A stretch of DNA of 64,000 nucleotides from Deltaproteobacteria bacterium UBA2221 (GCA_002328485.1 DCUF01000082.1:14533-78532); one strand, 5' to 3'. Counted from the stretch's first letter, positions 47,746 to 56,995 are shown. Translations and numbers: made by a program. Notes: generated by a model not told the origin, from the letters alone.

Positions 47746-48498
47746 ATGAAATTAGAAGGCAAAAACGCTGTTGTAACTGGTGGCGGAAGGGGTGTGGGTA
47801 GGGCGATCAGTCTGGCCCTGGCAGCCGAGGGCGCAAATGTTGTGGTGAACTACGCCGGTCGCTTACAGCCGGCTGAAGAAGTCGTAAAATTAATCGAGGG
47901 TATGGGTAGAAAGGCCATCGCGGTGCAGGCCGATGTGGCCAAGTGGGAGGACGCCCAGCGCATGATCGATACCTGCGTGCAGACATTCGGTTCTGTGGAT
48001 ATTCTGATCAATAACGCCGGTATATCAAAGCCTGCCATGCTTCACAAGCTGACCGACGAAGTGTGGGACGAGGTGGTCGATATTCAGATGAAGGGGCCGT
48101 GGCATTGCATCAAGGCAGCATCGAAATATTGGATGGAGAAGAAATACGGTCGAATCGTTAACGTTACCTCCGTTGCCGGACTGGTGGGAACGACCGGACA
48201 GATCCATTACGCGGCTGCAAAGGGCGGCATCGTGACCCTCACCAAGTCTGCTGCCCGTGAATTGGCCCGTTTCAACGTGACCTGTAACTGTATCTCTCTT
48301 GGCATTGTTACGACGGAAATGACAACTACCCTTCAGCAGGATGAGAAGATGAAGGAGATATACATGAGGCGAATCCTGCTTGGAAGGTACGCGGAGCCTG
48401 AGGATGTGGCCCCCGCATTCGTATTCTTCTCATCAGATGATTCAAGGTATATAACCGGGCAGATACTCCCGGTGGACGGTGGCTACGGTATGACCTAA
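47746..48498 (+). CDS. Short-chain dehydrogenase/reductase (FabG-like 3-oxoacyl/3-hydroxyacyl reductase)
   Basis: VTGGGRGVGRAI...NNAG...YAAAKGG (YxxxK) is present. Confidence 0.85.
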   Translation: MKLEGKNAVVTGGGRGVGRAISLALAAEGANVVVNYAGRLQPAEEVVKLIEGMGRKAIAVQADVAKWEDAQRMIDTCVQTFGSVDILINNAGISKPAMLHKLTDEVWDEVVDIQMKGPWHCIKAASKYWMEKKYGRIVNVTSVAGLVGTTGQIHYAAAKGGIVTLTKSAARELARFNVTCNCISLGIVTTEMTTTLQQDEKMKEIYMRRILLGRYAEPEDVAPAFVFFSSDDSRYITGQILPVDGGYGMT

Positions 48499-48561
48499 TG
48501 GCTGGGATGCGGTTCGCCTGGCACGAGAAGTTACTTCACACATATTACATGGAGGTGTTGA

Positions 48562-49671
48562 ATGGCTGATGTCCCAAAGGTAATAAAGCAGTGGCAGATG
48601 GTCCAACCGACGGTTTTCAACAGAGAGACCAAGGAGACGACCCCTGGAAAACTCGAGATGGTAGAAATTCCCGTTCCCGAGTTGAAGGAAGGCGAGGTTC
48701 TGGTTGAGGTAGCCGGCTGCGGTGTGTGCCACACAGACCTTGGCTACTTCTACGATGGCGTACCGACAGTGAGCAAGCCGCCCATGGCCCTTGGTCATGA
48801 GATCAGCGGAACCGTTGTTGCCGGCGACCCGGCCTGGATCGGCAAAGAGGTCATTATCCCGGCGGTTATGCCTTGCAGAAAATGCATTATGTGCAAGACC
48901 GGTAGAGGCAACAGGTGCCTGGCCCAGAAGATGCCCGGCAACTCGATAGGTGTATACGGCGGCTTCGCCAGCCATATCCCTGTCCAGTCGATTGACCTTT
49001 GTCTGGTTCAGGACAAGAAGGGCTATGCTCTGGAACAGCTAGCCGTCGTAGCGGACGCCGTCACAACCCCGTATCAGGCGTGCAAAAGGGCGGACCTGCA
49101 ACCCGGTGATAATGTCATCGTCATCGGCGCAACGGGTGGCGTAGGCGTCTATATGGCTCAGACTGCCAAGGCCCTCGGCGCAAAGACGGTTATCGGTATC
49201 GCGCGGAACCCTGAGAAACTGAAAAGGGCGCTTGAGTATGGTTGCGACCACGTAATCAGTACCGTTGACAAGACCAATAAGGACGTGGTTGGCGAATGGA
49301 GAGGCTACTGCAAATCAAAGGGTCTGGATACTGCCGGCTGGAAGATCTTTGAGGTTACAGGCGCAAAGGCCGGCCAGGAACTCGGTCTTGACCTTCTGTC
49401 CTTTATCGGCAAACTGATTCTGGTTGGTTACGGCATGGCAAAGGTCGAATACATGTTCTCCAAGCTGATGGCTTTCGACGCCGAGGTTATTGGAACATGG
49501 GGCTGCCTGCCCGAGTACTATCCGATCGTCCTCGACATGGTCCTGAACAAGAAGATCGTTATCGATCCTTTTGTTGAAGTGAGACCGATGAGCACGATTG
49601 CTGCGACATTTGACGAAATCCACAAAGCTGGATCCCCTGCAAAGAGGGTTTCCTTAAAGCCAGACTTTTAA
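48562..49671 (+). CDS. had: Zn-dependent MDR alcohol dehydrogenase, probable 6-hydroxycyclohex-1-ene-1-carbonyl-CoA dehydrogenase (Had/BamQ)
   Basis: GCGVCHTDL...GHEISG...CRKCIMCKTGRGNRC are the catalytic and structural Zn sites. The gene lies immediately upstream of bamA. Confidence 0.65.
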   Translation: MADVPKVIKQWQMVQPTVFNRETKETTPGKLEMVEIPVPELKEGEVLVEVAGCGVCHTDLGYFYDGVPTVSKPPMALGHEISGTVVAGDPAWIGKEVIIPAVMPCRKCIMCKTGRGNRCLAQKMPGNSIGVYGGFASHIPVQSIDLCLVQDKKGYALEQLAVVADAVTTPYQACKRADLQPGDNVIVIGATGGVGVYMAQTAKALGAKTVIGIARNPEKLKRALEYGCDHVISTVDKTNKDVVGEWRGYCKSKGLDTAGWKIFEVTGAKAGQELGLDLLSFIGKLILVGYGMAKVEYMFSKLMAFDAEVIGTWGCLPEYYPIVLDMVLNKKIVIDPFVEVRPMSTIAATFDEIHKAGSPAKRVSLKPDF

Positions 49672-49702
49672 ACAACACCAAAATACTTTTAGGAGGAAAT
49701 TT

Positions 49703-50851
49703 ATGGGAATGGAATGGATGCCAAGAGAAGGCGGTTTGAAGGATCATAGCAGACATGGTACGCAGTGGTGGGGCACGGAAGCTCCTTGTACCGTATATGA
49801 GAAGAAACCCCTGAAAGATAACAAAGGAAACGTGGTTCCGGGGCTATATGTTGCATGGATTCGTCTGAACAACCCGGCCCAGTACAACTCCTACACCACG
49901 GAGATGGTGAAAGGCGTGATCGCCGGCTTTGAGAATTCCTCAACGGACCGCGAAGTCGTATCAGTTGTTTTCACCGGCACCGGCGCAAATGCATTCTGCA
50001 CGGGCGGCAACACGAAAGAATATTCAGAATATTACAGCATGAGACCGGAAGAGTACGGATCATACATGGAACTCTTCAACAACATGGTCGACGCCATCCT
50101 TATGTGCAAGAAGCCGGTTATCTGCCGCGTAAACGGCATGAGAGTCGCCGGCGGCCAGGAGATCGGTCTTGCTTGTGACATCGCTGTTTCTTCCGACCTC
50201 GCCATTTTTGGTCAGGCAGGTCCCCGCCACGGTTCAGCACCGGTGGGCGGTTCCTCTGACTTCCTCCCGTGGTTCCTCTCCGCTGAGGATGCCATGTGGA
50301 ACTGCGTAAGCTGCGAGATGTGGTCTGCCTACAAGATGAGGGCGAAGAATCTCATCTCCAAGGCCCTCCCAGTCCTCAAGGACGACAAAGGTGCCTGGGT
50401 TAGAAACCCGCAGGTCATCACCGACAAGTACGTTGAGAACGGCGAGATCGTGTATGGCGAGAACAAGACGGGCCAGGAAGCAAAAGACGCCAGGGCATGG
50501 GTCAACGAGAAGCTGAAGAACAACGACTACGACTTCTCGCTCATCGATGCAGAAGTCGACAGAATCAGCTGGGTCTTCGCGAACCTGTTCCCGGGCTGCT
50601 TGATGAAGTCCATCGACGGCATCAGACAGAAGAAGAAGTCTTTCTGGGATACCATGAAGAACGACCACAGATACTGGCTGGCAGTCAACATGATGGGCGA
50701 GGCCTACGCAGGCTTTGGCGCATTCAACACCAAGAAGATCACCGGCGCCGACACCATCGATTTCATAAAGAACCGCCAGTTGATCGCCCAGGGCGTCCTG
50801 AACAACGAAGACTATTTCACACAGATTTTTGCGAAGCCTCAGGCGAAGTAG
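49703..50851 (+). CDS. bamA: 6-oxocyclohex-1-ene-1-carbonyl-CoA hydrolase (ring-cleaving; BamA/Oah)
   Basis: 382-aa crotonase-superfamily protein with the long BamA-type N- and C-terminal extensions: WIRLNNPAQYNSYT...FTGTGANAFCTGGN...VNGMRVAGGQEIGLACD. Strong AGGAGG RBS. Confidence 0.8.
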   Translation: MGMEWMPREGGLKDHSRHGTQWWGTEAPCTVYEKKPLKDNKGNVVPGLYVAWIRLNNPAQYNSYTTEMVKGVIAGFENSSTDREVVSVVFTGTGANAFCTGGNTKEYSEYYSMRPEEYGSYMELFNNMVDAILMCKKPVICRVNGMRVAGGQEIGLACDIAVSSDLAIFGQAGPRHGSAPVGGSSDFLPWFLSAEDAMWNCVSCEMWSAYKMRAKNLISKALPVLKDDKGAWVRNPQVITDKYVENGEIVYGENKTGQEAKDARAWVNEKLKNNDYDFSLIDAEVDRISWVFANLFPGCLMKSIDGIRQKKKSFWDTMKNDHRYWLAVNMMGEAYAGFGAFNTKKITGADTIDFIKNRQLIAQGVLNNEDYFTQIFAKPQAK

Positions 50852-50869
50852 TAGCATTGCTTAACACAA

Positions 50870-50895
50870 GGGGGGATTCAATCCCCCCTTTTTTT
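50870..50895 (+). terminator. Rho-independent terminator after bamA
   Basis: GGGGGGA-ttcaa-TCCCCCC followed by TTTTTTT. Confidence 0.8.
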
Positions 50896-51052
50896 GTTTC
50901 AGGCCATCGGTTGCGAGCCCATAGCGGCGAGCCAGAGTACGCAAGCATTAAACCATAATCGGTGCGCCAAGAATGCCGCAAGAAGAGGCAGTTGTTGCGT
51001 GATTTATGGAACCGGTGCGGGCACCAAATTTCTGGCAAAAGGTGCGGAAAAT

Positions 51053-51079
51053 GTGCTAAAAATTAGAACCGTCCGGTTC
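51053..51079 (+). promoter_or_regulatory. Candidate extended -10 promoter plus palindromic operator upstream of dch
   Basis: TGTGCTAAAAA (51052-51062) is the same 11-mer as in the tRNA-His promoter. It is followed by the perfect palindrome GAACCGtcCGGTTC (51066-51079). Confidence 0.3.
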
Positions 51080-51146
51080 ATTCTAGGTCGGACTGAACGC
51101 TGCCCGCTCATGCCGACAGCTATTCTTTTTGTAAGGAGGATTAGAT

Positions 51147-51917
51147 ATGGCATACCAATGTATAAACTACGAGAAGAAGGATAAGGTCGCCAAGATAACC
51201 CTAAACGCTCCCCCGCTCAACTGGCTCACTATCTCTATGATGAAAGAGATTAACGAAGCCCTGCTCGATGTCAAGAAAGACGCCACCCTGAAGCTTCTGG
51301 TTTTCGACCACGCAGGAGAGAAGGCATTTTCCAGTGGCGTGGATGTGGCCGACCATACGGACGACAAAGTGGAGGAGATGATTGAGGTCTTCCATCGCAT
51401 GTTCCGACTCATGCTGGAGCTCGATGTGGTCACTGTTGCCCTGGTGAACGGTGTTTCCCTCGGCGGCGGCTGTGAGCTGATGAGCTTCTGCGACATCGTC
51501 GTGGCCTCTGAGAAGTCAAGAATCGGCCAGCCTGAGATTGCAGTTGGCGTGTTCCCGCCTATCGCAGCCGCTTGGTTTACCCACATCATTGGGCTGAAGA
51601 AGACCATGGAACTTCTACTCACAGGAAAGATGATCTCGGCTGCTGAGGCGGAAAAGATCGGTTTGGTGAACGCAGTATTCCCCGTTGCCACCTTCAAAGA
51701 GGATGTGGACAAGTTCCTGGGTGAATTCCTCAACAAGAGCCGGCCGGTGCTGGTGTGGACCAAACGGACCATTTTAGCTGCCAAGGGCCAGCCTTTTGCG
51801 GAAGGTCTCCGCGCAGCAGAGATCATGTATCTCGACGGCGTCATGAAGACCGAGGACGCAAAAGAAGGCATAGGCGCCTTCATGGAGAAGAGGAAGGCAG
51901 TCTGGAAGGACAAGTAG
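51147..51917 (+). CDS. dch: Enoyl-CoA hydratase/isomerase family, probable cyclohexa-1,5-diene-1-carbonyl-CoA hydratase (Dch/BamR)
   Basis: The crotonase fold appears in KITLNAPPLNWL...FSSGVDV...ALVNGVSLGGGCELMSFCD. It sits next to had and bamA. Confidence 0.6.
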   Translation: MAYQCINYEKKDKVAKITLNAPPLNWLTISMMKEINEALLDVKKDATLKLLVFDHAGEKAFSSGVDVADHTDDKVEEMIEVFHRMFRLMLELDVVTVALVNGVSLGGGCELMSFCDIVVASEKSRIGQPEIAVGVFPPIAAAWFTHIIGLKKTMELLLTGKMISAAEAEKIGLVNAVFPVATFKEDVDKFLGEFLNKSRPVLVWTKRTILAAKGQPFAEGLRAAEIMYLDGVMKTEDAKEGIGAFMEKRKAVWKDK

Positions 51918-51923
51918 CGATAG

Positions 51924-53096
51924 ATGCTCTTTGCGCCGAAAGAAGAGATAGATTACAGGATTAAGGGTTTCAAATCATTGTTGGAGAAGGCCTCGCTTGA
52001 CGGGGCCTTCATCCATTACAAGATAGATTTCTATTATCTGTCGGGCACCATGCAGGATGCATTCCTCTTTGTGCCTCTTGATGGAGACCCTATCCTGTTC
52101 GTGAAGAGGGAACTCCAGATAGCCCGACGGGATTCCCCCTTGGAGCATATCGTCCCCTACAAGACCATGGAGGAGGTGAAACCGTACCTCGGGAAGATCA
52201 AGAGAGTGGGTTTTCAGCTCGATGTGGTTCCCTACAACCAGGTTCTGAAGTTCAAGGAAGCGGTTGGCGACTTGGACCTTGTTGATGTTTCTCCCCTGAT
52301 CAAGTCGCTTCGGAGATACAAATCACCCTTTGAGATCAAGCTCATGGAGAGGGCTGCCACCATTTCCAAGAGGGTATACGAGGCTATCCCCCACCTCCTC
52401 AAAGAAGGTATGCGGGAGATAGAGCTTGGAGGGCTTCTGGAAGGTCTGGCTAAATCCCTGGGGCATGAAGGCCTGCTGCGGGTCCGTTCCCTCAACTATG
52501 AAGCCTATACGTGGCACATCTTGAGCGGTCGCACGGGAACGATCGTCAGCCAGTCCGATTCCCCCATGGGCGGATTGGGTCTGTCCCCTGCTTTTCCTGT
52601 CGGTGCAAGCATGAAGAAGATGAAGAAGGGCGAGCCCATTCTGGTGGACTTCGGCATCTGCTATCACGGCTATCAGATCGACCAGACCCGCATGTTTGCC
52701 ATGGGCCATATGCCCGAAGAGTTTGTCAAAGGATATGACGTGTGCAGGGATATCCACTACCGGGTCCTGGACAGGGCTGTGGAGGGCGCCAAATGCTCGG
52801 AGCTCTTCGAATATGCCAAGCAGTTGGCTCACGACGCCGGATTCGGCGACTACTATCTTGGCTATGCCCATCACAAGGTCAGGTTCCTGGCCCACGGGAT
52901 CGGCATTGAGCTTTCAGAACTCCCTTTTATCGCCCCGCGACACGATTATCCCCTGGAGGAGGGCATGGTCTTTGCCATCGAGCCGAAGATGGTGTTCCCC
53001 AAGAAAGGCGCCACCGGTATAGAGAATACGGTTGTCATGGAAAACAAGGGGTACAGGGTACTTACGGATACCGATGAGAAGATCATCATTGTGTAA
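51924..53096 (+). CDS. M24-family metallopeptidase (Xaa-Pro aminopeptidase/creatinase fold)
   Basis: VDFGICYHGYQIDQTR...HGIGIELSELP...FAIEP are metal ligand motifs. Confidence 0.8.
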   Translation: MLFAPKEEIDYRIKGFKSLLEKASLDGAFIHYKIDFYYLSGTMQDAFLFVPLDGDPILFVKRELQIARRDSPLEHIVPYKTMEEVKPYLGKIKRVGFQLDVVPYNQVLKFKEAVGDLDLVDVSPLIKSLRRYKSPFEIKLMERAATISKRVYEAIPHLLKEGMREIELGGLLEGLAKSLGHEGLLRVRSLNYEAYTWHILSGRTGTIVSQSDSPMGGLGLSPAFPVGASMKKMKKGEPILVDFGICYHGYQIDQTRMFAMGHMPEEFVKGYDVCRDIHYRVLDRAVEGAKCSELFEYAKQLAHDAGFGDYYLGYAHHKVRFLAHGIGIELSELPFIAPRHDYPLEEGMVFAIEPKMVFPKKGATGIENTVVMENKGYRVLTDTDEKIIIV

Positions 53097-53185
53097 CCCT
53101 TTTTGTTTCCGCGGCAAGGTGCAGAATCATTCCTTGTCCTATCTGATCGATATTTTTTTTGTCCCATTCGTTAGTGAGGAAGCAT

Positions 53186-54508
53186 ATGGCTAAAAGCCAG
53201 CAGGTATTCCTTTGCGAGGCCTGCGGCTACGAAACGTACAAGTGGCTGGGGAAATGTCCTCGATGCGCTGCCTGGGATACCTTCCGAGAGGTGAAGATCG
53301 AGGCCGCAGCCAAGCCGCAGGAAGAGATGGCAACCCCTGTGCTCCTGGCCAATGAGGACGTGGAAGATGAGAGAGACGTCCTCGGCATGGGTGAGATGGA
53401 TCGTGTTCTTGGTGGGGGGCTTACCAGGGGCTCTTCGATCCTCCTTGGCGGCGACCCCGGAATCGGGAAGACCACCCTTTGCTTCGAGATCGCTGCCCGT
53501 ATGGCGGAGCTGGGCTTTTCTGTGCTCTATGTCTCGGGAGAAGAGTCACTTCGCCAACTTTCGGGGAGAAAGAGACGGTTGTCCATCGATTTCCCCTTCG
53601 CCTTTCTTGCCACGAACCGTGTGGAGGATATCCTTCATGCGGTCCATCAAAAGAAGTACCACCTCGTAATCATTGATTCAATTCAAGCGGTCTACAGCAC
53701 CCGACTGCCCTTTCTGCCCGGCAGTACCAGTCAGATTCGCGAGGTTTCCTCGAAGGTCATCAGGGAACTCAAGAAGCTTGACCTGACACACATCTTTATC
53801 GGCCACGTCACCAAAGAAGGGGCCATTGCAGGTCCCAAGATTCTGGAACATATGGTGGATACCGTCCTCTATTTCGAAGGGGACAAGACCCTCCCTTACC
53901 GTATGATCAGGGTGATCAAGAATCGATACGGACCGGTCGATGAGATAGGTCTCTTTCAAATGAGAAGGGAGGGCTTGGTGAGTGTAGAGCCATCGCTCTT
54001 TTTTCTCTCCGAGCGGGATAAAGACAGCTCAGGGAGTTCCCTTTATCCTGCCATTACAGGATCTCGGCCGCTCCTACTCGAAGTACAGGCCTTGACGCCC
54101 AAGACGGGCTTCTCCATGCCAAAAAAGCTGGGGGTAGGCTATGACATGAATCGACTGTTCATCATGACCGCCGTTATGGAGAAGGTGCTGGGTCTACCCT
54201 TTTTCGACCGGGACGTCTACGTGAATGTGACGGGGGGAATCAAGATCAGCGAGCCCGGGATAGATCTGTCGGTGGTGGCAGCACTGCTTTCCAGTTTTCG
54301 TAACATCGCCTGGAGGGACTCGGCCTTCTTCGGAGAGGTGGGGTTGACCGGGGAGGTGAGGCGGGTAGTCAACATGGAGGGACGGCTTAAGGAATGTGCA
54401 AGGCTGGGCATCAAAAGGGTGTTTGTGCCCCGGGGCATTGAAGACTCAAATGATTGCGAGGTGCAGCAGATCAGAACTATCAAGGATCTTTACGATCACC
54501 TGAAATAG
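53186..54508 (+). CDS. radA: DNA repair protein RadA
   Basis: FLCEACGYETYKWLGKCPRCAAW is the Zn finger. GGDPGIGKTTL is Walker A. KNRYG and a Lon-like C-terminal domain are present. ATG 53186 follows GAGGA. The track start is 53159. Confidence 0.9.
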   Translation: MAKSQQVFLCEACGYETYKWLGKCPRCAAWDTFREVKIEAAAKPQEEMATPVLLANEDVEDERDVLGMGEMDRVLGGGLTRGSSILLGGDPGIGKTTLCFEIAARMAELGFSVLYVSGEESLRQLSGRKRRLSIDFPFAFLATNRVEDILHAVHQKKYHLVIIDSIQAVYSTRLPFLPGSTSQIREVSSKVIRELKKLDLTHIFIGHVTKEGAIAGPKILEHMVDTVLYFEGDKTLPYRMIRVIKNRYGPVDEIGLFQMRREGLVSVEPSLFFLSERDKDSSGSSLYPAITGSRPLLLEVQALTPKTGFSMPKKLGVGYDMNRLFIMTAVMEKVLGLPFFDRDVYVNVTGGIKISEPGIDLSVVAALLSSFRNIAWRDSAFFGEVGLTGEVRRVVNMEGRLKECARLGIKRVFVPRGIEDSNDCEVQQIRTIKDLYDHLK

Positions 54509-54551
54509 GAGCCCCATGGAAATCATTGGGGCTGAAGTGCCGGACATATAC

Positions 54552-54580
54552 TTGACAAAAAAGCTGCAGCAATTTAGAGT
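54552..54580 (+). promoter_or_regulatory. Sigma70-like promoter positioned for a leaderless Rrf2 transcript
   Basis: TTGACA (54552-54557), a 17-nt spacer, then TAGAGT (54575-54580). ATG 54589 begins 8 nt after the -10 and has no SD. Confidence 0.4.
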
Positions 54581-54588
54581 AGGTTGTC

Positions 54589-55053
54589 ATGAAGATCTCG
54601 ACACAAAGCAGATACGGCCTCAGAGCGCTTTTCGACATCGCCTACCATTCGGCCTGCCGGTCGACGCAGGTGAAAGATATTGCCTCCAGACAGGCCATCT
54701 CCCCAAGATATATTGAACAGATATTCCAAAAGCTGAAGAAGGGTGGCCTCGTGAAGAGCATTCGGGGGCCGGCCGGTGGTTACTGCCTGACAAGAAAACC
54801 GGAAGAAATAACCATCGGAGATGTGGTCCGGGCCGCCGAAGGGCCTGTGCAGCTTGTCTCCTGTGGCGTTACCAGGACCGGCACAAAGGGCTGCGAGCGG
54901 GCAGCAGAATGCGTAACTACGGATATATGGAGAGAGGCATCGTCCCGCCTTATGTCCTATTTTGACTCTGTTACCTTAGATGATCTTTGCAAAGAGGCGC
55001 AAGCCAAGGGCGTAGAGAGGGCGGTCGACGAGCATCTCATGTACTACATCTGA
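54589..55053 (+). CDS. Rrf2-family transcriptional regulator
   Basis: MKISTQSRYGLRALFDIAYH...ISPRYIEQIFQKLKKGGLVKSIRGPAGGY is present. Three to four Cys occur in the C-terminal half (VSCGV...GCERAAECV). Confidence 0.85.
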   Translation: MKISTQSRYGLRALFDIAYHSACRSTQVKDIASRQAISPRYIEQIFQKLKKGGLVKSIRGPAGGYCLTRKPEEITIGDVVRAAEGPVQLVSCGVTRTGTKGCERAAECVTTDIWREASSRLMSYFDSVTLDDLCKEAQAKGVERAVDEHLMYYI

Positions 55054-55075
55054 AGCGTATCACCAGACATCACGA

Positions 55076-56995
55076 ATGGAGACAAGGCACCTAGTATCTA
55101 TCGGCAGAAGGCTTTATCCTTTTCTCAAGGATCCCGAGGAAACCTTTCTCATCCAGTCTATCGAGACCCAAACGCTTTTTGTCTGCAACAAAGCCGGTGT
55201 TGTTGAGCGGTATACGGCGTCTACTTCACGCTTCGGTAATGGCAATCGAGAAGACTCTTACAAGACCCCCTTGGGGCTCCACAGGATCAAGGAGAAGATC
55301 GGGTCAGATGCGCCGTTGGGGCGGATCTTCAGGGATCGTATCGACACGGGCATAGACTGGGATCGGGCTTCGGTTGAGGATAATCTGATACTTACCCGCA
55401 TCTTGAGGCTTGAAGGTCTTGAAGAAGGCATCAACAAGGGTGAGGGCATCGATTCCTACGACCGATTCATCTACATCCACGGCACGGGCCGCGAGGATCT
55501 TGTCGGCATACCACTAACCCATGGATGCATAGCGCTGAGGAACGCCGACGTCGTGAGACTTTTCGAGACCGTAGAGGAGGGAATGCTCATCTATATCGAC
55601 GGACCTCCCCTGTCCATTGGCGAGATACCTTGCCGGAATATACATTTTGTGGGCATATTTGGCACCGGCATGAGTGCCCTGGCTCAGTATCTTCGATTTC
55701 AAGGGATTGTCGTCTCAGGATCTGATCGGCTTCTGGGTAGCGAAGACACGGCGGCCATGAGGCAGTCTCTCGAAGGGCTCGGTTGCACCATCCTCGACCA
55801 AAACGGTTCGGGTGTCACGGAGGATACTGATGCGGTCTGCGTATCAACAGCCATAGAAGAATCGAACCCCGATATTGTCTCGGCCCGCGGTGCCAGTATC
55901 CCGATCATTCATCGCTCTGACCTTCTGGCGGCTATCGTTGACACGAGGCGGGCAATCGCAGTCGCCGGGACAAGCGGTAAGTCAACGGTGACGGCGATGA
56001 TATTTGAGTTCCTGACAGCGTGTGGAAAATCCCCATCCCTCGTCAGCGGTGCCCCTTTGCGAAGGCTGGAAAGGCAAGGTCTGATCGGTAATGCGTGGAG
56101 CGGAGCCTCGGATCTATTGGTAATAGAGGCTGACGAGAGCGACGGAAGTCTTGTCAAATATTCCCCTGAGGCGTCGGTGGTTCTTAATATATCCAAGGAT
56201 CACAAGACAATCGACGAAATAAAGACGCTCTTTGAAAAACTCATTTCTCAGAGTTCATGGACTGCCCTCAATGGCGACGATGCCATCCTCGTCTCGCTTC
56301 CAGGGGCGGTCTCGTTTGGCCGAACCAGTTCGGCGTCGTGGCGATCGGATGACGAAAGGCTATTCCCTACCGCCGTTACCCTTCGCCGCAGGGGGGTTGA
56401 ATATTGTTTGTCCCTACCGGGAGCGCACAACCTCGAGAATCTCCGCGCGGCCCTTTGTGTCTGCGAGCATTTTGGCTGCGACGAAAAGGCCCTTTCAGAG
56501 GCTGTCAGGGGGTTCGAGGGCGTCGCCAGGCGCTTTGCCGTCACCGAGACTGGAGAAGGGGTGCACGTGATAGACGATTATGCCCATAATCCTGCAAAGA
56601 TAGCCGCTGCCGTGAATGCCGCAAGAGGGCTGTCGCAGCGAATCGTTGCAGTATACCAACCCCACGGCTTCGGCCCGACCCGATTCTTGAAAGATGAATA
56701 TATCAAAGGGTTTCAGGCCATTTTTCAGCCCGACGACTCGCTCTATCTTCTGCCTATCTATTATGCGGGGGGCACGGCTCAGAAGGACATTTCCTCGCAG
56801 GATATTATAGCCGGCCTGGGACCCGTCTCGTTTACAGCGGATGCGGTGACCGATCGCCATATCTTGCTGAGCAGGCTAAGCACCCATGTTAGACAGGGTG
56901 ACGCCGTCCTCGTCATGGGGGCCAGAGATCCATCACTGCCTGGCCTGGTGAACCAAATTGTGGAGCTCTTTGGCGGGAAAGCACCTGAACCTTAG
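55076..56995 (+). CDS. Fusion protein: N-terminal YkuD (L,D-transpeptidase-fold) domain plus C-terminal MurC/Mpl-type Mur ligase
   Basis: The YkuD motif is IYIHGTGRE...THGCIALRN (aa ~130-165), with no signal peptide or TM. It is followed by IHFVGIFGTGMSALAQYL (Mur ligase N-domain), AVAGTSGKSTVTAMI (P-loop), DESDGS and DDYAHNP. Confidence 0.8.
   Translation: METRHLVSIGRRLYPFLKDPEETFLIQSIETQTLFVCNKAGVVERYTASTSRFGNGNREDSYKTPLGLHRIKEKIGSDAPLGRIFRDRIDTGIDWDRASVEDNLILTRILRLEGLEEGINKGEGIDSYDRFIYIHGTGREDLVGIPLTHGCIALRNADVVRLFETVEEGMLIYIDGPPLSIGEIPCRNIHFVGIFGTGMSALAQYLRFQGIVVSGSDRLLGSEDTAAMRQSLEGLGCTILDQNGSGVTEDTDAVCVSTAIEESNPDIVSARGASIPIIHRSDLLAAIVDTRRAIAVAGTSGKSTVTAMIFEFLTACGKSPSLVSGAPLRRLERQGLIGNAWSGASDLLVIEADESDGSLVKYSPEASVVLNISKDHKTIDEIKTLFEKLISQSSWTALNGDDAILVSLPGAVSFGRTSSASWRSDDERLFPTAVTLRRRGVEYCLSLPGAHNLENLRAALCVCEHFGCDEKALSEAVRGFEGVARRFAVTETGEGVHVIDDYAHNPAKIAAAVNAARGLSQRIVAVYQPHGFGPTRFLKDEYIKGFQAIFQPDDSLYLLPIYYAGGTAQKDISSQDIIAGLGPVSFTADAVTDRHILLSRLSTHVRQGDAVLVMGARDPSLPGLVNQIVELFGGKAPEP

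Noticed and set aside
54510-54533. Hairpin AGCCCCA-N10-TGGGGCT right after radA as a terminator
   Set aside because: It is only 7 bp with a 10-nt loop and has no U-tract. This is too weak to call, although it may still contribute to separating radA from the Rrf2 promoter.
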